From assembly GCF_001194135.2 (NCBI RefSeq), contig NC_068994.1, positions 47,313,369 to 47,377,368 of the forward strand: DNA of 64,000 nt, written 5' to 3'. This DNA is from Octopus bimaculoides. Taxonomy: Eukaryota. The notes under the pieces are model-generated. The model was not told the DNA's origin. It worked only from the letters and a program-made list of their open reading frames with translations, and made no database searches. The position numbers and the translations under genes are program-made. Shown in pieces: positions 52,628 to 64,000 of the stretch; position 1 is the stretch's first letter, and each line of letters begins with the position of its first letter.

Positions 52628-53062
52628 CAATTATAGGTACAGGTAAAATGTTTGTTTCCCAACCACATGGCTCTGGATTGTGTCCCACTCTGTGGCACCT
52701 CGGGCATGTATCTTCTATTATTGCCTCAGGCTAGCCAAAGTCTTGGGATTGGATTTGGTAGACAGAAACTGAAAGAAGCCTCCTGTATATATATATATAT
52801 ATTCCTGTGCAGGTGGCATGTAAAAAACACCATTTGAGCATGACCATTGCCAGTACCGGCGGACTGGCCCTCGTGCTGGTGGCACGTAAAAAGCACCCAC
52901 TACACTCTCGGAGTGGTTGGCATTAGGAAGGGCGTCCAGCTGTAGAAACTCTGCCAGATCAGATTGGAGTTTGGTATAGCCATCTGGTTCACCAGTCCTC
53001 AGTCAAATCGTCCAACCCATGCTAGCATGGAAAGCAGACGTTAAATGATGATGATGATGATA
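52628..53062 (+). mobile_element. SINE A head (52628-52790) joined via (TA)n to an RTE-type 3' tail (52800-53062)
   Basis: cccaaccacatgg...cacctcgggcatgtatcttct...gaaactgaaagaagcc, then aaaaagcacccactacactctcggag...gacgttaaatgatgatg. Confidence 0.85.
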
Positions 53063-53446
53063 TATATATATATGACAGAGATTTTAAAACCAGCTACTTT
53101 AGCTTGCAAGATCAGCAGCTGATTGTTACTTATTTGTTTATATATTGCGAACAGGCATGAGTGACTCTAACAGGCAAGCATCCAGTACTGAGGACGGGTA
53201 TGCACCCAGAAACTGGCTGGTCTACTGGTCTTGCTATGCTGGAGGGGAGTGGTTTGCTCCCTTACTCGCAATATAGCAGTCATAGGTTGTGTGTCATTTA
53301 CTAGCTGGAAAAGATGTTTTCCTGGGGTTAAAATGTAGTAACATTGTTCTGCATGGAACAGCCATGCAAAAGTGGCAACAAACATAACCGTTTAGTATTG
53401 ATACTACTTGAATCTCTATCAGAAATTTTAAAACCAGCTATTTTAG

Positions 53447-53483
<37 letters not shown>

Positions 53484-54902
53484 TAAAAGAGTTCCAACTC
53501 TGTCTGTTTTTTATGTTTTATTTATATTCTTATAAAATTAAATGATAAAATGAAAAATGAAGTGTTGAATGTCTTATTGAATATATGAAATATTGAGTAT
53601 TAAATATAGAGAATCAAATATATAAAGGCAAGTACGTACTTNNNNNNNNNNNNNNNNNNNNNNNNNNNNNNNNNNNNNNNNNNNNNNNNNNNNNNNNNNN
53701 NNNNNNNNNNNNNNNNNNNNNNNNNNNNNNNNNNNNNNNNNNNNNNNNNNNNNNNNNNNNNNNNNNNNNNNNNNNNNNNNNNNNNNNNNNNNNNNNNNNN
53801 NNNNNNNNNNNNNNNNNNNNNNNNNNNNNNNNNNNNNNNNNNNNNNNNNNNNNNNNNNNNNNNNNNNNNNNNNNNNNNNNNNNNNNNNNNNNNNNNNNNN
53901 NNNNNNNNNNNNNNNNNNNNNNNNNNNNNNNNNNNNNNNNNNNNNNNNNNNNNNNNNNNNNNNNNNNNATATATATATATATATATATATATATAGCAAT
54001 TAAAAGGAAAAAAAGGTAAAAGATCCTAATTAAGTCATGATCAATTAACAAACAGAATTAATTTATATACTCAAGCTATTTGATCATTAGTTCATCATTA
54101 AAGGCTCCAGGCTAGTTTCTCAACTCCTCAAGCCTTTTGGCATCAAACCACTTGAGACTGCCCATGGTTGTAAGATATATTTCAGTGGTGGGGATGTTGA
54201 TTCAAATTTCTGTTGGAACAAGCTGTAATATAGAAGAATTGGTGGAATGTTGAGTAAGTTTTGCTGCTGAGAAAAGTGGAAAGCACTTACTTGCCTTTCA
54301 ACAGAGTGCAGAAAAAATGGAGCTGTTTGCCTTGGTTGGTGGTAAAAGAAATTTAATTTAACTTTCTTCTCTACTTGGAGATGAGTCCTACTCAACATTC
54401 CACAAACTCTCCTCTTTTGTAACTGACCCACACCCTCACCATTTTCTTCAGATTCTGGAATTTACATTATGATATACGAATTGGCTTCTATCTGGTTTTT
54501 GCAATTGTGTCAAGACTGTTCCATTGCTGAATACTGGCTCTTTGAATTCACTTATCCTACATTCCTGCCAACTATGTTAATTTCTCTTCAGGCCTTTTTT
54601 AAACTGTATTTAGGGCTTCTAGGGTAAACAGTTATTTTTCCTTTTTTTCCTGTTGGAAAATTAAACCATTGCAAGTGAGAGGTGTCAACTGTTACAGTCT
54701 ACCATAAGAGTTTGTTTAACTTCATGAGTTACTGAAATTCTTTTATAAAATGCTTTCTAACGGTTGTAGAATCCTCTGTCCTGTGAAATAGGTGGGAACT
54801 AATTAATCAGGTGGGGTTCCTTTGTTGGAGAAGAAAAAAACTTTCTCTAGTGAATTTTTTCTGAGTATTTATTTGTACCAACAGATATTTTTTGTACCCA
54901 TA

Positions 54903-55125
54903 GATGCAGGCATGGCTGTGTGGTAAAAAACTTGCTTCCCAACCACATGGTTCTAGATTCAGTCCCTCTGTATGGTACCTTGGGCAAGTGTCTTCTACTT
55001 TAGCCTCAGTCCAACCTAAAAGACCGATAGAATAAGTACCAGGCTTAGAAAAAATTAATAAGTACTGGGGTCAATCCAGCATGGCCAGTATCTAATGGCT
55101 GAAACAAGTAAAAAGAAAAACAAAA
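54903..55125 (+). mobile_element. SINE family A with internal deletion
   Basis: The head caggcatggctgtgtggtaa is joined directly to aaagaccgatagaataagtacc...gaaacaagtaaaa. Confidence 0.85.
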
Positions 55126-55325
55126 AAGAAACAAGCCTTAATCTTTTGAAAATTGTTAACCTCATGTTTTTATTTCTGATGTGACAGGGTCACTGATCAC
55201 CTCTTTTTAGGGAGTGTTGATCTCCTTTTGTTAGGGATGGCTTCAGACTTTTAAAAAAAAAATTTTTATGAAGCTGTTAACATGATGGTGGTTTAAACAT
55301 TTTAGTTTTTTTTATTTGCTTTTAG

Positions 55326-55563
55326 GAAAATATCAAATCTTCAGAAACTTGTACTCTTCAGTACTGAGACACTTGTGCTCATCCAGATACTTGTGCCTGT
55401 CCAGACTCTTGTGCCCGTCCAGACACTCGTATTCCTCCATTCACTTGTACCCATCGATACTCAGACACCTGTTCTTATTGATACTGAAACACTCCTACCT
55501 ACTAATACCAAGACACTTGTAACCATCAGTACTCAAGCACTTAATTTTCAAAGCACTACCTAA
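55326..55563 (+). CDS. Candidate terminal exon encoding (Q/E)TLV(P)-type repeats; could be a non-coding minisatellite
   Basis: Strong acceptor ttttttatttgcttttag ends at 55325. The phase-2 frame KISNLQKLVLFSTETLVLIQILVPVQTLVPVQTLV...STT* is open to the stop at 55563. Confidence 0.25.
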
Positions 55564-55564
55564 A

Positions 55565-56520
55565 ACAGGCACAAGTGTGGCTGCGTGGAAAAAAGGTTGC
55601 TTCCCAACCACATGGTTCCAGGTTCAGTCCCACTGCGTGGCACCTTGGGCAATTGTCTACTATAGCCTCAGGCTGACCAAAGCTTCATGAGTAGATTTGG
55701 TTGACAGAAACTGAAAGAAGCCCATTGAATATATGTTTATATAGGTACAGCAGTGGTTGTGTATTAAGTAGCTTGCTTACCAACCATATGGCTTTGGGTT
55801 CAGTCCCACTGTGTGGCACCTTGGGCAAGTGTTTTCTACTATAGCCTCAGGCCGACCAAAGCCTTGAGTGGATTTGGTAGATGGAAACGGAAAGAAGCCC
55901 ATCGTATATATGTATATATATATATATGTATGTGTGTGTATATGTTTGTGTGTCTGTGTTTGTACCCCCAACATCGCTTGACAACCGATGCTGGTGTGTT
56001 TATGTCCCCGTAACTTAGTGGTTCAGCAAAAGANNNNNNNNNNNNNNNNNNNNNNNNNNNNNNNNNNNNNNNNNNNNNNNNNNNNNNNNNNNNNNNNNNN
56101 NNNNNNNNNNNNNNNNNNNNNNNNNNNNNNNNNNNNNNNNNNNNNNNNNNNNNNNNNNNNNNNNTTGGGTTCAGTCCCACTGTGTGGCACCTTGGGCAAG
56201 TGTTTTCTACTATAGCCTCAGGCCGACCAAAGCCTTGAGTGGATTTGGTAGATGGAAACGGAAAGAAGCCCATCGTATATATGTATATATATATATATGT
56301 ATGTGTGTGTATATGTTTGTGTGTCTGTGTTTGTCCCCCACCACTGCTTGACAACCAGTGTTGGTATGTTTACGTTCCTGTAACTTAGTGGTTTGGCAAA
56401 AGAGACCGATAGAATAAGTACCAAGCTTAAAAATAAGTACTGGGGTTGATTTGTTCAGCTAAAATTCTTCAGGCTTTGTCCCGGAATGGCTGCAGAAATG
56501 ATTGAAACAAGTAAAAGAAG
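55565..56520 (+). mobile_element. Tandem array of three SINE family A heads/copies (partly duplicated across a gap)
   Basis: Head-bearing copies at 55565 and 55745, and a third resuming at 56165. 55794-55963 is identical to 56165-56334. Confidence 0.85.
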
Positions 56521-58216
56521 ATACACACTAATTCTTCTCACATCACATCACCACATTCCTTCTCTTACTCTTGAAATACACCAAAATGTTTACATCTCTG
56601 CAGCAGGAGATGAACTCGCAAACCATGATTTTAGAGAGTCTGATATCTCATCCACTCAGCTGAAATTCCGCCCTTTCTATATCACTAAACTAGAGAGATA
56701 TCAATAGGTTTTTCCTCATTAATTTGGATTTTGCTCTTGGTGGTTTTTTTCTTTATTTTTTTTTCTGTCATTTTTTTTTCTGTGTTTGTATGTGTGTATG
56801 CATGCACACACACATAGATACATACTACACACACACACATAGATACATACTACANNNNNNNNNNNNNNNNNNNNNNNNNNNNNNNNNNNNNNNNNNNNNN
56901 NNNNNNNNNNNNNNNNNNNNNNNNNNNNNNNNNNNNNNNNNNNNNNNNNNNNNNNNNNNNNNNNNNNNNNNNNNNNNNNNNNNNNNNNNNNNNNNNNNNN
57001 NNNNNNNNNNNNNNNNNNNNNNNNNNNNNNNNNNNNNNNNNNNNNNNNNNNNNNNNNNNNNNNNNNNNNNNNNNNNNNNNNNNNNNNNNNNNNNNNNNNN
57101 NNNNNNNNNNNNNNNNNNNNNNNNNNNNNNNNNNNNNNNNNNNNNNNNNNNNNNNNNNNNNNNNNNNNNNNNNNNNNNNNNNNNNNNNNNNNNNNNNNNN
57201 NNNNNNNNNNNNNNNNNNNNNNNNNNNNNNNNNNNNNNNNNNNNNNNNNNNNNNNNNNNNNNNNNNNNNNNNNNNNNNNNNNNNNNNNNNNNNNNNNNNN
57301 NNNNNNNNNNNNNNNNNNNNNNNNNNNNNNNNNNNNNNNNNNNNNNNNNNNNNNNNNNNNNNNNNNNNNNNNNNNNNNNNNNNNNNNNNNNNNNNNNNNN
57401 NNNNNNNNNNNNNNNNNNNNNNNNNNNNNNNNNNNNNNNNNNNNNNNNNNNNNNNNNNNNNNNNNNNNNNNNNNNNNNNNNNNNNNNNNNNNNNNNNNNN
57501 NNNNNNNNNNNNNNNNNNNNNNNNNNNNNNNNNNNNNNNNNNNNNNNNNNNNNNNNNNNNNNNNNNNNNNNNNNNNNNNNNNNNNNNNNNNNNNNNNNNN
57601 NNNNNNNNNNNNNNNNNNNNNNNNNNNNNNNNNNNNNNNNNNNNNNNNNNNNNNNNNNNNNNNNNNNNNNNNNNNNNNNNNNNNNNNNNNNNNNNNNNNN
57701 NNNNNNNNNNNNNNNNNNNNNNNNNNNNNNNNNNNNNNNNNNNNNNNNNNNNNNNNNNNNNNNNNNNNNNNNNNNNNNNNNNNNNNNNNNNNNNNNNNNN
57801 NNNNNNNNNNNNNNNNNNNNNNNNNNNNNNNCTCTCTCCCTCTCTCTCTTTCCCTCTGTATCCCTCTCTCTCTTTCCCTCTCTCTCTTTCCCTCTGTCTC
57901 CCTCTCTCCTCTCTCCTTCCTCTCCCTCTTTCCTACTCCCTCTTCCCATCCTTTTCTCTCTTTTTTTCTATTTCTGTCTCAATCTCTTTCACTCTGCCTA
58001 ACTTGGATATTTTAATCCTCAAATCATTTCATAACCAGATTAAACACAATTTTATACAAACTGCTAATATATTTGATATACAGTATTATACATCATTTAA
58101 TCACTCTCCCTTGTTTAATACTAAGCCTACACCAGTGTCTGACAACAGGCCATAAACTACCTGTATGTTGTTCATTACTCAATGAGGGAGGGTGCATCAC
58201 CTTGGCGACCCAACAC

Positions 58217-58249
58217 CTGATGAGACTCCGAGAAGTTGAAATCATGATC
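58217..58249 (+). ncRNA. Minimal hammerhead-ribozyme-like core
   Basis: CTGATGA GACT ccgaga AGTT GAAA TCATGA TC: canonical core, 4-bp stem II, palindromic stem III and AUC triplet. No adjacent stem I. Confidence 0.4.
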
Positions 58250-58267
58250 CTCTTTCTTGCCAAATAC

Positions 58268-58308
<41 letters not shown>

Positions 58309-59674
58309 ATTTTTCAGTTTTCCAGAGCCCCCACAATAAGATATACCATGAGTGAAGTGTTCATTATGATAAATAAGCAAATATGTAAAATGGCTTTGTA
58401 AAATGTCATATGGCATAGGTATAACTGGATAATATAATGTGTTTGTAAATAGATAAGAAAATGTACTGCTTCTCTCTCAATCTCTCTTTCTTTGTGTCTC
58501 TGACTGTATGTCTCTCTGAATATTCAACTCTCTCTATGTGTCTCTCACTCTCGTGTGTGTGTGTGTGTGCATGTGCGTGTATTTTTTGTCTTACTTTGAT
58601 GATATGTCTCTGGGTCTGTGAGCGCATACAGATGTGGTGGAGGCTCTCAAAAGCATGTATTTCCTATTAGTCCCTCCTTCCCCCCCCCCACCATTCTTCA
58701 TCTTCCCAGGGTCTGTGATGAATGCAACCTTGACACAAATGTCTCCTGTTGTTTTCAACATCACTATATGTAGGGTTAGATAATAGGGTAGATGGGTAGT
58801 TGGGTAACTGACCCTGTGTGCCACCCTTCTTAATAACATTGAGGATAATTTCCCTGTAGAGAGAGTTGAGCTCAGCAATTTCAGTTACTGAACCCCTTTG
58901 AGATTTTGCTGTGCTACCACCTCCTACAGTGGGGAGTTCAATCTCCACAGTGCCTACTTACAGCTTGAACAGGAGACTCAGCTGAAAAGAATATGAATCA
59001 CTAAAATTTAAGTCACTTTTCCAGAGTTGGGTGTAAGGCTGACTGGTTAAGGAGTTTGCTTCTCATCCCTATCGCTCGGGATTTGATCCCACTGCAGAGC
59101 ACTTCAGGAAAGATCTGCAGGCTGACCCAAGCCCTTTTGATTGAAACTGGGTCAAAAGAAACAGTATGGAATCTGATTAGAAGGATGCATTGTAGCTATC
59201 ATTCAAAAGGTCCAGTTTTGACATGCACATGCAAAGACGATGACGTGCCTGTCTCGGGATTATGATTGAACAGGTAAGAGTGTCTGTGGAATACTCAGCC
59301 GTTTACACCATCATGCAATGTGTAGTTGGATAGATAAATAACTGGGACCCCATTTATCAAAACCAACATGACACCCATCCATCCATTCATTCATAATATA
59401 AACATATGTATATTAATACACAAACATACACATATACACATTCATATATATATACACATATATAGATATATATATACATACATACACATACATTTATTTG
59501 TATATATGTATATTTATATATAGCTATGAATGTATGTGTATATATATATTTATACATATACATATATATATACATGCATATATGCACACACCTTCATAGC
59601 TATCTATCTATCTATCTCTCTCTATATATATATATCTATATGTACATATACATATATACACATACCTTCATAGC

Positions 59675-59710
<36 letters not shown>

Positions 59711-60464
59711 TACACACGCACATGCATACCTTCATAGCTCTTTCTCTGTGTATACACACACACACACACATGTAAAAATGGCATATTTTGCATAGTGAAG
59801 CAGGGTGTACTCAATTTTGGGGTAAACTTAATCGTTGTATTAGAAGATAAATATTTAAATGTGGTTACAAACCAGCTTATTGCTATTTACGAACCCCTTC
59901 CCCAGTTACCCATTACTCAGTACATCTATGATGCATTTTTGACCACCTTACACCTTGTTTTTTTCCTTCTTCACACACAATGTATCTTTCAGAAGGTAGG
60001 TTGATATTTAGCTACTATTTCTAGCATTTCGAGTTACTATCTAAAGGCTCCCTTGTTGGCTCACTATAAACTAGGTTTGTATAAACAGGGTAGAAAACAT
60101 GCAATAGACAGAAGTATTATACAAATACATAGGTAGTAGCAGTAATAGTAGTAGCAGCGGCCACTATTGTCAGTGTTAATGTGCATCATTGCAGCATCAT
60201 ACAACTTCAACATTCTGTGCAGTTACCACTGCGTAGTCTTATCATGTGATATCTTTTTATTGTAAGATTTTTCTATTCTGTCTGTCCTTAAACCAAGCTA
60301 ATTTTCAGGAAGTTTCGCTGATGAAATTAATGGAATATCAGAAAGTGTTCATAGAAAATTGATTAATTAACATTTGGAGGATTTCAGTTTGCTAATAACA
60401 TATCCTGAAATGAGGATTGGCAGAGACAGTAATAGTGGTGGTGGTGGTGGTGGTGGTGATGTCA

Positions 60465-61460
60465 GATTAAATGCCATGTGGTATTAAGTTACATTACCAT
60501 TGATTTTGTTATCAAATCTCACCGGGGTTTAACTTTGGCTTTCATCCTTCAAGGGACTGACAAAATATGTACCGGTCATATACTGAGTACTAATTTAACT
60601 TATATACACTGCATAAAAGACTAGTGGACTTGTGTCAGTGGTAGGTAAAATTTTGAGTTGCAGAATCTACTGAGTGACATATGAAATGCTTTGTGGTGTT
60701 TAGTAATGCCTCTTCTCTTGGTATTCTGAGTTCAAATTCTGACAGGGCTGGCTTTATATTTCTTGTTGGGTTCAATAAAAAAAATACCAGTAAAATATTG
60801 AGCAGTCATTTGAGATGACTGTTTTCTGTCTCAAACTTTGTGACCTTATACCAATGTCGAAGATTATTGTTATTTTTATCATCAGTTCCACTTTATATTC
60901 TGAGTTCAAATCCAACTAGGGTTAATTACATCTTATATTCTTTTGGGATTGATAAAATGGAAGTACCCGTCCAGTCAATATAACCAACTCTAATCGTTTT
61001 TACAAATCTGAGGCCTTGTGTGTATGTAACAAATCATCATCATCACTATTATTATGGGTAGGCAGCGGTGCAGTGGTGAAATGGCAAGTTGTATTTCTCC
61101 TGGTTCTACATTCTGGGTTCAAATCCTGCTTGAGTCAACTGTGCCTTTCATCATTTCAGCATTGTTAAAGTACCAATCAAGTACTGGGGTAACATCGACA
61201 AATCCCTTCCCTCAAAAATTGCTGGCCTTGTGGATAAAGTAGATTATTAAAAGAATTAAAAGAATACTGAGAATTAAAAGAAAACTGGATTTTAAAATAG
61301 ATTCAATATTTTAGTTATATCTCTTAGTGATCTGAGTTCCAAATTTGCTGTGGGTCATTTTCAACTTTTATTTCTCTCATAGAGATCAAATATCAATAAT
61401 CCATGATGCTGATACAATCACTAAATCCCTTCCATTACACATTTGTGACCTTGTATCAAG
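60465..61460 (+). mobile_element. Cluster of about five degraded SINE family B copies
   Basis: Repeated gagttcaaat.../gggttcaaatcc...tttcatc...gtacc...gtactgggg modules at about 60470, 60650, 60880, 61070 and 61330. Confidence 0.7.
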
Positions 61461-61931
61461 ATCACTAAACATTATTATCATTCCTTTTGTTCACTCAGCA
61501 TAGTAAATTCTTTATTGCTCTCTCGGTGTTGGATTGCCAAATATGGAACTGCACCCAACAGTCTTAGGTGTCTAGCACCTCCATTCGATGCCAGGTGAAC
61601 AGGTTCTCAACAGAATCAGGAAATTCATCTCAGTATCCAACATCCTCAATTTGACACAGTTGTTAGCATGTTTCTTTTGAAATACACTTTGTTTCCATTG
61701 ATTTTGAAAATAACAAGCAATTCAGTAAAATAACTGTCATTATCAAGTTGGTGTTTAGGAAATAAATTAATGTGAAATTTTGATAGCAAGTTTTAATTTG
61801 GATTCCTATAAAGCAAGAAGATTGTATAATAGACTCAGAGCAGTTTCAAATAGATTGTTCTCAAAAGGGTTAAATTCTTTGCAACTGTTCCAAAGGCTCC
61901 TACTATAAATTGGTACAATGATAGCTTTACA

Positions 61932-62337
61932 GCCATTTCAAGACAGAAGGTGTTCTTCCATCTGGATAATGCTCAGCCACATGCAGCAAGGATGACATTC
62001 CAAAGGCTGGAGCAGTTTGAATGGGAAACAATGCCCCACCCACCATATTCGCCAGACATTGCCCCATCTGATTATCATTTATTCTGCAGTCTTCAAACTC
62101 ATTTGGACAGAAAAATATGAACTCTGTAGATGAGGTCAGAACAGTACTAGGGGAGTATTTTTTGTCATGGACAAGTGAATTTTGGAACAAGAACCTTGCA
62201 AATCCACCAGATAGATGGAAGAGCATTGTAGAAAATGAAGGAGAGTATATTTTAGATTAAAAAAGAAATTTGTTATCTTAATTTTCAAAAATAAAAGAGG
62301 TATAAAAAAACCACATTATTTATGGGATGACCCAATA
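61932..62337 (+). mobile_element. Mariner (DD34D) transposase C-terminal fossil with 3' TIR
   Basis: FHLDNAQPHAARMTFQRLEQFEWETMPH/PYSPDIAPSDYHLFCSLQTHLD/NMNSVDEVR...DRWKSIVENEGEYILD* (two frameshifts; 34 residues between the Ds once the first is repaired). TIR-like ccacattatttatgggatgacccaa+TA at 62311-62337. Confidence 0.92.
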
Positions 62338-62695
62338 TGATACATACATACACACACACAATAAAATAAGCCCTTGATTGAAACTGTTCTAACAGACCCT
62401 TTTACATAGGTATATTTTCCCTTTGTTTATTTTTCAGTGACCCCCTTGACTAGTGATGATTTGATGTATTCAGTTATCTCAAACACCCAATCAACAAACA
62501 GTTGGCTGCAATGTGGCTATGGATTGTAATGAAAATAGTACAGAGAAACATAATGGTCATGTGATAACGTCTAAGGTAAGGTAAATTCTTAGTTCTCTCT
62601 CTCTTTCTTTGACTCTTAACTGCTAATTCAACAGAGGTGGGGGGTCTCTACACCCCTTACCTGCTTGATTGTTGTATGTTACTCACCTTACACAC

Positions 62696-62865
62696 ACACA
62701 CACACACACACGAATTACCTTCATCTCTCTCTCTGTGTCTCTCTCTCTCTCTGTGTCTCTCTCTCTCTGTGTCTCTCTCTCTCTGTGTCTCTCTCTCTCT
62801 GTGTCTCTCTCTCTCTCTCTGTGTCTCTCTCTGTGTCTCTCTCTCTCTGTGTCTCTCTCTCTCAT
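62696..62865. repeat. (CA)n then (CT)n punctuated by GTGT
   Basis: Seen directly. Confidence 0.95.
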
Positions 62866-63276
62866 TCTCACACTAAAGATACTTTACCTAAGTCTTTTCT
62901 CTCTAGAATTGCATCTCTCTGAACCTCCTGCCTACTCTAATATACCTTAACTACACACAGCATTTCAAATTGAACAACAAATCTATATTATCATAACAAG
63001 ATTGAAGAAAATATTCTAGAAAATGTACTTAGTACTCATTTCCACTCTCTACATCTCAGTGAGAAATTTATGTATTTATCACACTGGCAAAAAGTTGCAA
63101 AGGTTGGGAGGAAGTGTGGTTATTGTTTGAACCTTGAATCAATCCCCAGAGCATAACTGGTACTTATTAACTAAATATAATGTCTCCCTTCTCTACTGCA
63201 TTCAAATCTTTTACTTGTTTGAGTCATTAGACTCAGGCCATGCTGGGGCACTGCCTTGAAGAATTTATGTATATAT

Positions 63277-63316
<40 letters not shown>

Positions 63317-63434
63317 GTGTGTGTGTGTGTGTGTGTGTATATGTATGTTTATATATATGTGTATATATATATGTATGTATATATGTATATATATATATAC
63401 ATATATATATACATATGTATATATATATATATAT

Positions 63435-63558
63435 AACAATTGCAGCGTGGAAGGTGTTTATAAGCCATTTAAAATAACACACAAAATCCGTTAGATTCAC
63501 TTCAACATTTAAATTTAATTTGTCAAAATATTTTCGTCGCTTTGAGACCGCGACCTGT
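63435..63558 (+). mobile_element. Solo arm of the 10256-10534 foldback element within (TA)-rich repeats
   Basis: aacaattgcagcgtggaaggtgtttataagcc...tttgagaccgcgacctgt matches the left arm of 10256-10385. Confidence 0.88.
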
Positions 63559-64000
63559 ATATATGATATATGATATATGTATATATGATATATGTATATG
63601 TATTTATATATGATATAAGATACAGGAAATGCTTTAACCCTCTTTGCAATGGGGCGATACTCTGAATGTTGGTGGCATGAGAAAAACACACCTAGTCAAC
63701 ACTGCAAGATGTGCACAGCACCAAAGTTGGCGAGGTTTTCTCTGTGTCTCAGTGTTGCATGATGATGCAGACGATTACAGCCTATCTGACCTGTACCAAC
63801 ATGACAGATATGAAATGACAATGCTGATGATGATGATGATGACGACGACGACGAAGACGACAATGTGTGTGTGTGTGTGTGTGCGTGCTTGAGCAAAATA
63901 CTTCATGTTGCCCCAGTAAAAGTGAGTAATCCTGTGACTGACCAATGTTTCATCCAGGAAGGAATATCTGCACCAGAAAAATCTAGAAAACTGGCCCTGT

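Larger units (their letters stand above)
1..64000. other. Assembly gaps (N runs)
   Basis: N at 1990-1999, 6442-6685, 10553-10643, 12774-12783, 13233-13242, 19155-19324, 20258-20897, 23025-23034, 32824-33335, 37670-38010, 41353-41918, 45593-45753, 53642-53968, 56034-56164 and 56855-57831. Most abut microsatellites or SINEs. Confidence 0.98.

Noticed and set aside
54120-54431. 103-aa minus-strand ORF
   Set aside because: It has no recognisable motif and no supporting splice or start context.
55794-56334. 170-bp identical duplication
   Set aside because: It straddles a gap within SINE copies, so it is probably an assembly or haplotype artefact.
216-63896. Most ORFs in the supplied track (YI/CV/HT/LS/poly-X)
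   Set aside because: They are translations of dinucleotide or trinucleotide microsatellites, or read through N gaps.

Overview
AT-rich, repeat-dense eukaryotic genomic DNA with 15 assembly gaps. It is probably a coleoid cephalopod (Octopus-like); this is inferred from the SINE families, the Dong/R4 and RTE remnants and the microsatellite load. No host protein-coding gene can be identified with confidence, so the window reads as intergenic or deep-intronic, and nearly all listed ORFs are microsatellite or gap artefacts. Supported content: dozens of copies of at least four SINE-like families; RTE LINE 3' fragments whose 3' UTR carries a variable ~60-bp tandem module; an R4/Dong-clade RT fossil plus a younger Dong-like 3' end inserted in a (TAA)n run inside a SINE; a mariner DD34D 3' fragment with its TIR; a probable Penelope GIY-YIG remnant; and two foldback/MITE families. 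The most interesting signals are three dispersed minimal hammerhead-ribozyme-like motifs with three different cores, long RNA hairpins, frame-preserving minisatellites and a few isolated candidate exons. Repeat boundaries were placed by eye and are approximate.
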